This document shows positions 10,767 through 21,100 of a stretch of 64,000 nucleotides of DNA, piece after piece (the first letter of the stretch is position 1; the number at the start of each line of letters is the position of its first letter). A program made the translations under genes and the position numbers. Origin of the DNA: Carpediemonas membranifera BICM (lineage: Eukaryota; Protista; Fornicata); assembly GCA_019828565.1 (NCBI GenBank), contig JAHDYR010000064.1:372001-436000 (forward strand), in the 5' to 3' direction. The notes below the pieces were generated by a model. The model did not search any database. It saw nothing but the letters and a program-made list of their open reading frames with translations, and was not told the DNA's origin.

Positions 10767-11321
10767 ATGAATATGGATAGTATGCCCATAGATAGCAGAG
10801 AAAGCGGTATTGCACTGAATGGAAAGAGTATGGACGATAGAACGTTCATCGTCGGCAATAGCGGCCTCGACATCTCTCTAGCGCATTTCAGAGCACTTCT
10901 AGACGACGCTGGAATGACTGGATGTGCTTTAGTTACCGGGTTCAACGCGAAGGGTGATCCGGTTGCCCTTTTCAAGACTCTGGACGAGCTGGACGGGATG
11001 ATGGCGGACGAACTATACGACATGGCCGCGTCTCCCTACGCGTTCTCTGCCGCTGACCTTGATCTGTCGAATGCGGTGCCCGTGCCAGCCGGTATGAGTA
11101 CTGAAAGTGCCATTGCCACCCTGCTCGCCGAGAAGCGTCTCCAATCCAGCCAAGCCCTACCCCCGCCCCGGTCGGACGCATCCCCGGCCCTAGACCCATT
11201 TACTGTGACTAAGATGACTCTAGTGGTCCCGGAGCCGGTGGGGAGGAAGCGGAAGCAGGGACACGGCCAGCTGAAGATGACCTCGTACTTCCCTGCCGGC
11301 GAGAGCACCGAGACCGCGTGA
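10767..11321 (+). CDS. Hypothetical protein
   Basis: 184-aa ORF; ends in QLKMTSYF, a PIP-box-like motif; start uncertain. Confidence 0.5.
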   Translation: MNMDSMPIDSRESGIALNGKSMDDRTFIVGNSGLDISLAHFRALLDDAGMTGCALVTGFNAKGDPVALFKTLDELDGMMADELYDMAASPYAFSAADLDLSNAVPVPAGMSTESAIATLLAEKRLQSSQALPPPRSDASPALDPFTVTKMTLVVPEPVGRKRKQGHGQLKMTSYFPAGESTETA

Positions 11322-11681
11322 CAGCGTGGGGTGGTTAAAGCAAGTTTCGTTATGCATGAGTTAAGCTTTCCGCGGGTCAAGAGAGAGCGTTTATGGTTGA
11401 TGCTTTCATTTTGATTTGTCAGATTAGGTCCTTACAGGAAGCTCATCGACCACATGAGAGAGATGACCGGGAACCGCCGTAAGACCTGGTCTCCCACAGC
11501 CCCGAACCAGCGCATCGCCATCATCAGGGGCAACTACGAAGTTTATCGTCGTTTCGCCAGCATTAGTGGCAGCTCCGCCCCCGGCCTGTAGACTGGCCGG
11601 CGTTGGACAGACTTGGACCGGTGTGGACCGGTACATTGAGAGGTATGTATACGTGTAAATCGATTAGGTCGTTCATTGCGT

Positions 11682-13154
11682 ATGGTCGAAGAAGTCGAAC
11701 AGACAGTTGAGCAGCCATGGGGTCGCCATGAAAGTGAGTACGAAGGTGCTCCCTTTGCGGCTTTCGAGAAGGATCGCGCCGAACTCCTTCAGAAGTCCCG
11801 GTTCTACGATGTGTTCCTTTCTCGCTCAAAGGCCGAGCGCCATGGCTATGCATTCAAGCCTACTGACGATGACGATCAGTACTTGATTGAGCGTACTGCC
11901 ATTCTTTCTGTTACGCCTCTTGACGCTGTCAAGAAGGAGACTGCGCCCGTGAAGAAGTACGAGGCCGAGCCCCAGCGCCAGTACTTCGGCAAGAACGCTG
12001 CCCGGTTCAACTACGTCCGCACGAACCGCGTGACCCGCCCCGAGTCCATCATGATCCGTCCCGAGTGGCTTCCCATCACCGAGCTTTCATGGCAGAACCT
12101 CAAGAACGCGAAGCACACCATCCCCGCCGCCGAGAAGGCCGACAAGAACGACTACGCCGCCCAGTTTGCGTCCGAGGAGGTTGCCACTGAGGGCACGCTC
12201 CCGAAGTACAACGAGGCCATCGAGAGGCACGCCCCCCGCAAGCCCACCCGCCTCCCGGCCGACGCACCCCGCCGCACGAACAGCATCCGCAGCGACAAGA
12301 CCGCCAAGAGCATCATCGAGAAGATCGATCCCGAGGGCAAGACGACCGTCGTGGCGTCCGCCTCTGCTCTGTCCCTCGTGATGGCCGCCCTCCGCACCCA
12401 CAACGGCTGGGACGTCCTTGTGACGAAGCAGGGCAAGGCGATCACCCTAGACTACCGCCCTGAGAACGAGTTCGCGGACTTGGTGCCGCTGGACGAGTCG
12501 AGCACGACCATGACCGAGGACCCCCTCGCCACGTACGCCGAGGCCGCCGCAGCCATCGCCGAGTACAGGGCGGCTGCGACGGACGGCAGCAAGGGCCAGG
12601 TGCGGTGGCGTAAGATCGCCGTGGACGACGAGATCGACGTCGTCGTCAAGACCCATGTCGACGCCGAGGTGAAGCAGAAGCGCCGCGTGCAGGTCGAGGC
12701 AGTCGGGCCCGACGGGGAGCCCATGGAGCGGGTCGAGATTGTCGAGGAGACGGTCCCCGCCATCGTCAAGGCCGTCGTCGAGACCGCCGACCACGGCACC
12801 TGGCTCAGCAAGTGGCAGTCGATGAAGGCGACCATCTTTGGTGAGATCATCATCAAGAACAGCGCCCTGACGGACCGCTGGGCGATCGAGGGCCTGCTCG
12901 CAGGTGCGGATGCCTTCAAGATGGGCTTTGTGGCCCGCAACAACCCCAAGGACGCCAGCAAGCACCACCACGTGGTCGGCGCCCACGACGAGACGATGGA
13001 GAAGTACGCCAAGAACGTCATGATGGAGGCTGCGTCCTGCTGGGGCGTGTTCAAGGCCGTTGTCGACGACGTGCGGGGCCGGGCGGACGGGCAGTACGTG
13101 CTCGTCCACACGCCCAACAGCACGAGCCTGCAGCTGTACAACCACGTCGAGTAA
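11682..13154 (+). CDS. EIF3D: Translation initiation factor eIF3 subunit D
   Basis: SIMIRPEW, WDVLVTK, WAIEGLLAGADAFKMGFVAR, DGQYVL..PN..L.LY pattern typical of eIF3d. Confidence 0.85.
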   Translation: MVEEVEQTVEQPWGRHESEYEGAPFAAFEKDRAELLQKSRFYDVFLSRSKAERHGYAFKPTDDDDQYLIERTAILSVTPLDAVKKETAPVKKYEAEPQRQYFGKNAARFNYVRTNRVTRPESIMIRPEWLPITELSWQNLKNAKHTIPAAEKADKNDYAAQFASEEVATEGTLPKYNEAIERHAPRKPTRLPADAPRRTNSIRSDKTAKSIIEKIDPEGKTTVVASASALSLVMAALRTHNGWDVLVTKQGKAITLDYRPENEFADLVPLDESSTTMTEDPLATYAEAAAAIAEYRAAATDGSKGQVRWRKIAVDDEIDVVVKTHVDAEVKQKRRVQVEAVGPDGEPMERVEIVEETVPAIVKAVVETADHGTWLSKWQSMKATIFGEIIIKNSALTDRWAIEGLLAGADAFKMGFVARNNPKDASKHHHVVGAHDETMEKYAKNVMMEAASCWGVFKAVVDDVRGRADGQYVLVHTPNSTSLQLYNHVE

Positions 13155-13384
13155 ACGGATAAATGCGGAAGAATCAGCTTATGCGCCAAGGTGCTCACTA
13201 CAAGGCCCCCATAGTCGACGTCCGTGGTCAAGTCCTTTGTGACTTAACAAAGGCCGGTTCACCTTGGTCCATGAGACCAGACGCGTCCCAGATACATTTG
13301 CACCTGTATCCAGGCATAAGGACATCCTTTATATGAAGGTATGGTAAATAGGTTAAACTGCTCGAAATCGAATCTGGCAGCTGG

Positions 13385-14242
13385 ATGCATCTGCTAGCGT
13401 TCATGTTGCTTCTTTCCATAGCGATTGCAGCGACTACTGGTACATTCTGTCATTTGGACGAGTCAGATGCAACCTGCTATCCAGGGTTTTACCGTAATCC
13501 GAAATGGAACGAGAAAACGCCAACTATCATCCCATGCTTGCCATGCAGGGCTGGTACGATATCATCTATCAAGAATGCAACGTCATGCGACAGCTGTCCT
13601 ATTGGATTCTTCTCCCATTCGTGCTCTCCAGCTTGCGACCCTTGCGCCCCCGGGACATACGGCGCTGGGGACTGCGTGGACGGCTGCAAACGCAGTATAA
13701 CGACTGAATGCGCCAACTGCACGCTGGTGGACCAGTGCGCGCCCTGCCCCAACGGCTCGTTCAGCCCCCTCCCCGCCATGCTCACATGCCTACCTTGCGG
13801 TCCGGGCAGGTATCGCGACGGCACGGCCACCAGCGACTTCTACTGCAAGCGCTGCCCCGAGCACCACCAGTGCCCCAACCCGATCACGTCCCACCCCGTC
13901 GTGTGCGAGCCCCACCACGTGGCCCAGGCCGGGCAGGCCGTGTGTACCTCATGCAGACCGCCCTTCCACGCGACATTCGATAACGGTGTCACGTGCTCGC
14001 CCACGCCGGTCGTGACCTCGATCCTGCTGGGCATCCTCGGCTTGCTGTGCCTGTTCACACTGTGCCTCTGCCTCCCTGTGTGGAGCAAGGAGATGGCGTC
14101 ATTCGCCATCCAGCAGGACCCCGGGCGGAAGACGGCGGCCTATGCCCATCTCTACGACTACCACAACCTCGAGGCCGACGTGGAGCGGCATGAGGACGAT
14201 CAGGTCTTCCTGGATCAGGACTATCAGTTCCAGGGCTACTGA
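13385..14242 (+). CDS. Cysteine-rich (GCC2/GCC3 or TNFR-like repeat) type I membrane protein
   Basis: Signal peptide, CxxCxxG repeats, TM helix, tyrosine-containing cytosolic tail. Confidence 0.8.
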   Translation: MHLLAFMLLLSIAIAATTGTFCHLDESDATCYPGFYRNPKWNEKTPTIIPCLPCRAGTISSIKNATSCDSCPIGFFSHSCSPACDPCAPGTYGAGDCVDGCKRSITTECANCTLVDQCAPCPNGSFSPLPAMLTCLPCGPGRYRDGTATSDFYCKRCPEHHQCPNPITSHPVVCEPHHVAQAGQAVCTSCRPPFHATFDNGVTCSPTPVVTSILLGILGLLCLFTLCLCLPVWSKEMASFAIQQDPGRKTAAYAHLYDYHNLEADVERHEDDQVFLDQDYQFQGY

Positions 14243-14498
14243 GGTGCACAGTTTGGGTAGTTGGGGTTTCTCGGTTAGTTTGGTCGGCCGGTTGGCACTT
14301 GTAAATGTTTAGGCGTGGCATGTCATGGCCGAGGTCTGTATGGGTGGGTAGCGTTGACAGCTCCGCCAGGGTCAGGTGTACATGGATGAGTGCTGAAGAT
14401 GTCGCCTGGCCGAGGTTTGCTTCAATGTGATGGCTCATCGAGTCGGGGGCCCTTATCTCCCGGAGGACACCATCATCAGGACCTTCGTGAATCGGGCA

Positions 14499-15090
14499 AT
14501 GAGGAACATATTGGCGTTGTGTGTGTTCCTTGTGTGCATCACATCATGCCTAGCAATCAGCTGCAGCGACGTTCCAGCGTCTGAATTGCGTTAGTACGCC
14601 TCCATCTCCTCACACAGACTGCGACTGGGGCTCTACTGAGCTGTGCGCCGTATATGGACAGGAATACAGCGACCTATCATGTACTGCTCCATCTACTATC
14701 GATTGCGACGGGGCACGCACCTTCCTCGTCGACTACACCTGCCAGTACTGCTGGCAACTGAACGGGGCCGTATGCGACGACCCTACATCATGCAGCTTCG
14801 TCGGAGAGGGCGTTGAGACCAGATGTACCGTCCCCGAGACTGTGTTCTGTAACGGCACGCGGACGTTCTCGAAGATGGTGCCCTGCCTCGTCGAGTCCAG
14901 CAAGTCTTGGCTCGTCTGTGTCACTCTGTCTGTCATAGCCGGTAGCTGGGGCCTGGACCGCCTCTACCTAGGCCACTTCTGGCTCTTCCTGGCCAAGCTG
15001 CTGACGATGGGCGGCTGGGGGCTGTGGTCCTTCGTGGACCTCGCCCTCATCGCATTCGACATAGTCAGGCCTGAGGGAGAGATCTGGTGA
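14499..15090 (+). CDS. TM2-domain protein (TM2D3-like); intron 14590-14617
   Basis: Splicing the 28-nt GTTAGT..CTCACACAG intron joins signal peptide MRNILALCVF to CDGARTF, CQYCWQL, CNGTRTF, GLDRLYLGH, KLLTMGGWGLW. Confidence 0.85.
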
Positions 15091-15285
15091 GAGCAGCGGT
15101 CCATGTGGGTATGTGCTTGGACCTTAGCGATGGGCGAGTGACTGAGAGATGATGGATAACCATTGTAAAGAGCCACCTTGGTCATCCCCTGCGATGTCTA
15201 TATCGATCTATGTGCGTCTGAGCCCAAAGGTGGTCTAGGACTGGCCTCTGGGCCATTTTTGACGATTTATACCAGATCGCCATAA

Positions 15286-15999
15286 ATGGTCTTTCAACGC
15301 GCGGGCGAAAGCCAAATACCGACACCTAGAGCCTTTAGCGATGACCTGGGCACAATGTTCGTCAAGTTCCATCATTTCACACAGGCAAACCTCATTATAC
15401 GCTCTGGCCGTGGCCTGAAAAGAAAGCAATGTGTATGTCCCCAGATTCTCCATGACACAGGCAAGAAGATGAAACCGGACACGGTCCTGCGCTTGGACCA
15501 GCTATGGGCAGATCCTGGCCGGGGTCACAAGGACAGCGACATGATTAAGCAATGCCGTGGATGCCAGGCATACTTCTCGCCGGGCACGTCCTCGCAACAG
15601 CTCCTCACCCACATCCGCAAGTGCCAGGGCCAGGCTATCATCAGTGATTTCGACCCAGCCCCGCGTAGGGTGGACTCCGGGTCGTACGGGGCGGTGGGCA
15701 CCCCTCCCGACGGTCACTTCCACCGCTTCCCCTGCGACGACCCGGAGCTGATCATGTTGATCGAGCCCGTGGCCAACGACGACGTCAACATCATCCGGAT
15801 ACGGCTCCGGGAGCTGGCAGCGAGAGAGCAGATGATGACGCAGATGCTTGGGAAGCTGATCACCGACATGAGCGGGACACACAACTTCCACTCACTGCTC
15901 AACAACTTCTACCACGTGCTCGACGCCATTGCCGCCCTGACCGAGCGGCTGGAGACTGTCCTGAACCGGCAGTCGATCGAGCAGACCGTGCAAGGATAG
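15286..15999 (+). CDS. Hypothetical protein with a BED-like CxxC..HxxxC zinc finger and a coiled-coil C-terminus
   Basis: CRGCQAYFSPGTSSQQLLTHIRKC; start uncertain. Confidence 0.5.
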   Translation: MVFQRAGESQIPTPRAFSDDLGTMFVKFHHFTQANLIIRSGRGLKRKQCVCPQILHDTGKKMKPDTVLRLDQLWADPGRGHKDSDMIKQCRGCQAYFSPGTSSQQLLTHIRKCQGQAIISDFDPAPRRVDSGSYGAVGTPPDGHFHRFPCDDPELIMLIEPVANDDVNIIRIRLRELAAREQMMTQMLGKLITDMSGTHNFHSLLNNFYHVLDAIAALTERLETVLNRQSIEQTVQG

Positions 16000-16011
16000 G
16001 CCCGGCGCCGT

Positions 16012-16047
16012 CCATTGTATCCAGTAAACCCATTGTATCCAGTAAAC
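16012..16047 (+). repeat. 18-bp perfect tandem duplication CCATTGTATCCAGTAAAC x2
   Basis: Read directly; lies just after the stop at 15999. Confidence 0.9.
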
Positions 16048-16254
16048 TATGCAGTATGGCGGGCGATTGGACGGGACATCGATGTGATGAGGGACCCTAC
16101 CCCGGTAACGCCGGTTCAACAATGCCTCTTGCTATTCCACTCCTGGCATGCAGGTCGGTTGGTGACGCGGATAGAACTGACCGGTGAGCGCGGTACATAA
16201 CCAGGTATGTATACGTTTAAAGCGACAAGAACAGAACGAATTCGAGAATTTAAC

Positions 16255-16905
16255 ATGGGCTTATTCGGAAAGAACCAGTCTAGTGCTGAAAAGATGAAAG
16301 AGCAGTCTAGAGAATGGAAATCGGCCCTTCGTGGTGAGACGCGGACGATTGACAGGCAGATCCGCACTATTCAGCGCGAAATGGACAAAGTGAAGGGCGA
16401 GATCCGCAAAGCAGCACAGTCCAACGATCTTGAGATCGCTAAGATCCTCGCAAAGGAGGTAGCACGCACTGAGAAAGCCGTGGAGCGCCTCTACGTCTCA
16501 AAGTCTCACGTGAACAGCGTCATGCTCTCGATTCAGCAGGCCTTCGCCACCTCACGCATGGTTGGCGCCATGGAGTCCTCATCCGAGGTGATGGAGCACA
16601 TGACCAGCCTCGTCAAGCTCCCCGAGATCCGCCAGACGATGATGAAGCTCTCCAAGGAGATGGCCAAGAGCGGCTTCATCGAGGAGATGGTCAGCGACTC
16701 CATCGATGACAGCCTCGGCAACGAGGAGGAGGAGGAGGTCGCCGACTCCGTCATGCAGAAGGTGCTCATGGAGGTCGCGGGCGAGGACTTCGCCAAGATG
16801 ACGGCTGCTGGGAGCAACCCCGTCGCCGTGCAGCAGGCGCAGGCGACTGCTGATGCTGAAGACCCCTTCGCGGAGAGGGCGCGGGGGCTTGGCATCTCGG
16901 GATAG
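16255..16905 (+). CDS. VPS24: ESCRT-III subunit Vps24/CHMP3
   Basis: MGLFGK..EWKSALRGETRTIDRQIRTIQRE, ILAKE, LSKEMAKSGFIEEM. Confidence 0.9.
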   Translation: MGLFGKNQSSAEKMKEQSREWKSALRGETRTIDRQIRTIQREMDKVKGEIRKAAQSNDLEIAKILAKEVARTEKAVERLYVSKSHVNSVMLSIQQAFATSRMVGAMESSSEVMEHMTSLVKLPEIRQTMMKLSKEMAKSGFIEEMVSDSIDDSLGNEEEEEVADSVMQKVLMEVAGEDFAKMTAAGSNPVAVQQAQATADAEDPFAERARGLGISG

Positions 16906-17096
16906 AGAGCAGTGTGTATTAAAGCTTGGACCCGGGTACTTGGTGGCTTGCTGGCATAGAGGGGTTGGATGCGAGCCTGTCTCTTAAAGTGCGGTGCCCA
17001 TGGCGGATCCACAGCCACCTCCGACACAATTGGTGTGGTGCTCAGCCGCTGAAGCAGCAATGATCACCTGAATATGAATATGAATGTGATGGCGTA

Positions 17097-17351
17097 TTAA
17101 GCCCGCAAGTGAGAAAGAGGGCCGAAGCCCGGGAGACGCGTCCTGTTGTCTGGGAATAGAGGATCGCTGAAGGCAGCTGGATTGCGACCAAGAGTAATGA
17201 TGTCCTGGGCCGCGAACATGTCGCGATTGTCGGTGTTCAGCTTCTTACTGTTCGGATACTCCCACAGACTGTCGCCGTACAGCTCATGGTACCACGGCGC
17301 GCCGGTGCAGCGCGGGTTCTGGCACACGTGCGAGCCAGCGTGTCCAATCAT
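17097..17351 (-). CDS. Possible small hypothetical protein (84 aa)
   Basis: ATG-initiated ORF filling the gap, divergent from PFDN4; no recognised motif. Confidence 0.35.
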   Translation of the reverse strand: MIGHAGSHVCQNPRCTGAPWYHELYGDSLWEYPNSKKLNTDNRDMFAAQDIITLGRNPAAFSDPLFPDNRTRLPGFGPLSHLRA

Positions 17352-17380
17352 TTGATGCGCGACAATTCGACTCGTTCGTC

Positions 17381-17816
17381 ATGAACTCATCAGTGCTCAC
17401 CAGGGAAGATGAATCCAACGCTGAGGTCACCAGGGCCGATCAGGAGAAGATCAACCTTTTCAGCCGTTTGAATACCCGTCTTTCTGGCCTGAAGGAGCGT
17501 TCCGAGCGCCTGGAGGCCGATATTGACAGTATTGAGCAGTCTGAGATGGTTGTTGAGGAAATGATGTTCGTAGCTGCCCCCGCGTTGCTGTTTACTCAGG
17601 GTTATGGATCAGGATCACGTGCTCCTCAACGTCGGTACCGCGCTCGTCATGGCCGATGAGGATGTCGCCTCGACGTACGTCAGCACCGAGAAGGACTCCC
17701 TCAAGGCCAAGCACGCCGAGGTTGTCGCCGAAATCAACAAGGCAGAGGGCGAGATGTCTGCGTTGAAGCAGGAGCTGTACGGCAAGTTCGGGTCGAGCAT
17801 CAACCTCGACCCCTAA
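17381..17816 (+). CDS. PFDN4: Prefoldin subunit 4; intron 17566-17599
   Basis: VTRADQEKINLFSRLN and LKQELYGKFGSSINL; 34-nt GTTCGT..TTTACTCAG intron restores the frame. Confidence 0.9.
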
Positions 17817-18151
17817 GCGGCGTGTGTGTAAATAGCTATTCTTATCGGTCTGGAGTGGCGCTAGACTCCACCTCGGCCGCGTTCGTTGGTTCGTCGACTG
17901 CTGATTAATGAATGATCGCGCTGACACAACTCGACGCAGCGGTGACATACTACATCATGTGGGCATGTCGGAGGCATCTCACGCCCTCAGGAGGGAGGCG
18001 AAGAACACCTGAGTCGAAGCACAGTTTTAGGATCGTGCCCGCGCAACCGGATGAGTCTTGGCTCCTTATCGTTCGTAATCCTTCATTACTCTCATATAGG
18101 ACAGAAAAAATCCGACTTCTGTTGCAGAACGACTCTCTTGTGGGCTACACG

Positions 18152-21100
18152 ATGCTGCAGTACATGGAGCAGCCCACCCGCCTGCTCAGCGAGGACGAGG
18201 AGGTGGTTACGGAACGCAGGAGGAGTCCTGATGAAATATCAGCGATAATATCGACCTACCATGGCGCGATGATCGAGCTGATGAAGAAGCTGTGCTCCAA
18301 TGACCCTTCCCGGGTAGAAAGCCTCGCTCGGGGGCAGCTGTACGTCGACCACGTGTGCCAGCCCATTTTTCATGACCCTCTGCGCATCCACAAGTATATC
18401 CGCGGCATGGTCGTGCTGTATGCGTTCGAGCAGTGCACGCTTAAGACAGCCAGCGTCACCGTCGCCGATCTCATGGAGGCCAAGCTTGCAGCCGTGGAGA
18501 TCGCCAAGCTGTCCGAGAAGGAGGCCGAGGACCTCGTTGTCGACATCGTGAACTCGCTTGTCATTGTCGGCCAACTGCTGGACAGCCGCGAGTACGTCCT
18601 GGCCGGCCTCGGGGTGATCCACTACCTCCCGCCCAAGCCGTACGACTCCCAGCAGCTGCTGATGACGCTGTGCATGAAGCGGGATGAGCTGGGGGCCGCG
18701 GGGCTGCCTGGCCTGTTCAACGGGCTCCTCGTCGACCTCGCGACCACCCAGACCGCCCTGCCGCTGGAGTACATCTTCGCCATCATCCGGGCAAGTATGC
18801 TGGCCCACACGCTGGTCAAGCAGCCCAAGCACGAGCTCCCGGGCTGGGTGACGTTCTTCTCGTCGTTTGTTGCCGATGCCCCCCTGCTGCTCCGGACACT
18901 CTCAGCCCGCGCATCGCAGCTCGCAGTCCACCCCAACGCCCAGGCGATGGTCAGGGACATCCTCGTTATGCTGCTGTCGACCGCTGGGATCCCTTGGCTT
19001 CCCCGGTCGCCGCACGCCCTCGCCCTCCTCGTGGGACACCCATACACGGCGCGCCACGTCATTCGGATCATCACGGAGGACCCCGCTCTCATCGCTAGCT
19101 GGCCCGACCTGGCCATCGCCCTGTTGGAGACGGGCATCCTCGTCGGGGCCGATGCATACGAGATGATCGCCCCCTCCGCCGACGCCATCCTGCATGCCCT
19201 GCTGCAGACGTTCTCCGACACCACCGCGGCCCCGTGCACGCTGCCCCTGCTCCGGGGGCTCCCCCAGACCACCCCACGCCCAGAACACGTCCCGACGCTG
19301 GCTGGGCTGTACGGCGCCGTCATCACGCGACACACACAACCCGCGGTCGCCTTCCTCGCACAGTCGGTGCTCGCGTCGCTGTCCCCGGTGGGTCGCCGCG
19401 AGGTGGGCCCGCTGGTGTGGCTGCTCGGCTTCCTCACGAGCTCGCCCCTCGAGACCCTTCCCTTTCCCACACTCAGACACGAGAAAGGGATGCTGTTCGC
19501 CGCCGTCTCGGCCAAACCAGCCCGCGCTATGCTCGTCGTGGCCTCCTTCGCCGTGACCCTCACCCCCCAGTCGGGCCCGGACGTCATCGTGCCCGTGTGT
19601 CAGGCAATGACCGCCCTGGCCGAGGCCGTCGACCCCCCGACCGCGGAAGTGCTGATGAACATGCCCCAGCTGCTGAGGGCCGCGCAGACGATGCTGGACT
19701 TGACCAGGATGCAGAACCTCACACGCGACACAAAGGAGGTGGTCGTCCCGTTCCTAGCAGCGTGGCTACCGATGCTGCTGACGTTCCCGGTGGTTGGTGT
19801 GGACTTGGCGACCATACATGTGACCAAACTCGTCAAGACGTTTGCCGGCATTACCATGTCACAGCGCACCCGCCAGGATCTGGGGATGCATCCGGTGATT
19901 GCGGACACGTCCGTCGTCGCTGCCCGGGACCTGAAGCGAGTGATCGATGACGGTGCGAGACAGGCTGTGTTCGCCGCCCAGGAAGACGACGATGACGACG
20001 ATGATCTCTTCATCAGCGCTCACGAGCTCGAGGCAAAGCGGGCACCCGACCCCATTGCGGCCATGCTCGGCTCTGTTAGCGACACCGAGGACGACGACGT
20101 CGACATGAACAGCAGCATCGAGTCGACCCAGTCGGTGGCGTCCACGGCGTACGGCGACGACGACGGCATTGCGGCCCTCACCGCGGTCCGCTCCACCGTC
20201 GACACGACCCACCGCCCCGTGCTCGCACGCCCCGCCCCGATGACGGCACCCAGGCCCAAGCTGCCCCGCCGGGCCGAGCTGATCGCCCAAGCGGAGATAT
20301 CGTTCCGGGCCGCGATCCTCGAGCACGATCCCATGGACCCCAATGTGATTGGGACGCTGGCGGCCCGGGTAACAGAGCTGGACAAGGTCTACAAGGACGT
20401 GGAGATGTATAGAGACCACATGCTGAGCTGTGTCATCATTGAGACGGTCACGGTGATACAGGAGGATATCAAGAACCTGGAGCGGGATGCGGATGTCCGG
20501 AAACGGGCGACACAACTCCGGGGCTCTTTCGGCAGCAAGACCAAGGTGCGGCAGCCGGACGGGCGGGACCTCCAGGAGTTCGAGGTCTGGCCCGAGGACG
20601 TCAACGTCGACCTGACAACGTTCAGTAGAGACGACCTCGTCCTGCTCGAGCTGGCCGAGTTTGACCAGACAAAGTCGATCATGCGCACACAGAAGTCGAT
20701 GCTGAGACTGGCCGCAGTCAACACACCACCCAAGCCGCCGCAGATGCTGATCTGCGTGGTGACCGACACGATCCCGGCCAGCGCCAGGAAGGAGTACCCC
20801 TGTTCGGCCATGCGGCTCCTGGCGAACGCCAAGCGGTTCGAGAAGTGCACAAAGAGCTCACGGAAGCAGGAAGTCCGGCTGCACCGCCTCAGCAGCGCCA
20901 GCTCAGCGCAGCGGGAGGTCACGGCGCTGTACCTGGCCCGTCTGCTGCCGGACGACTGGATGAACGCGCTGCTGCAGGGTAAGAACGCCGCGAAGGACGT
21001 GCCGCGGTCAATAGAGGGTCTCCCGAGCGATATAGTGACCACCACGGCGTTCAACAAGGTGCAGCGGCAGAGCATCGAGGACGTGGTCTCGCCTACCCGC

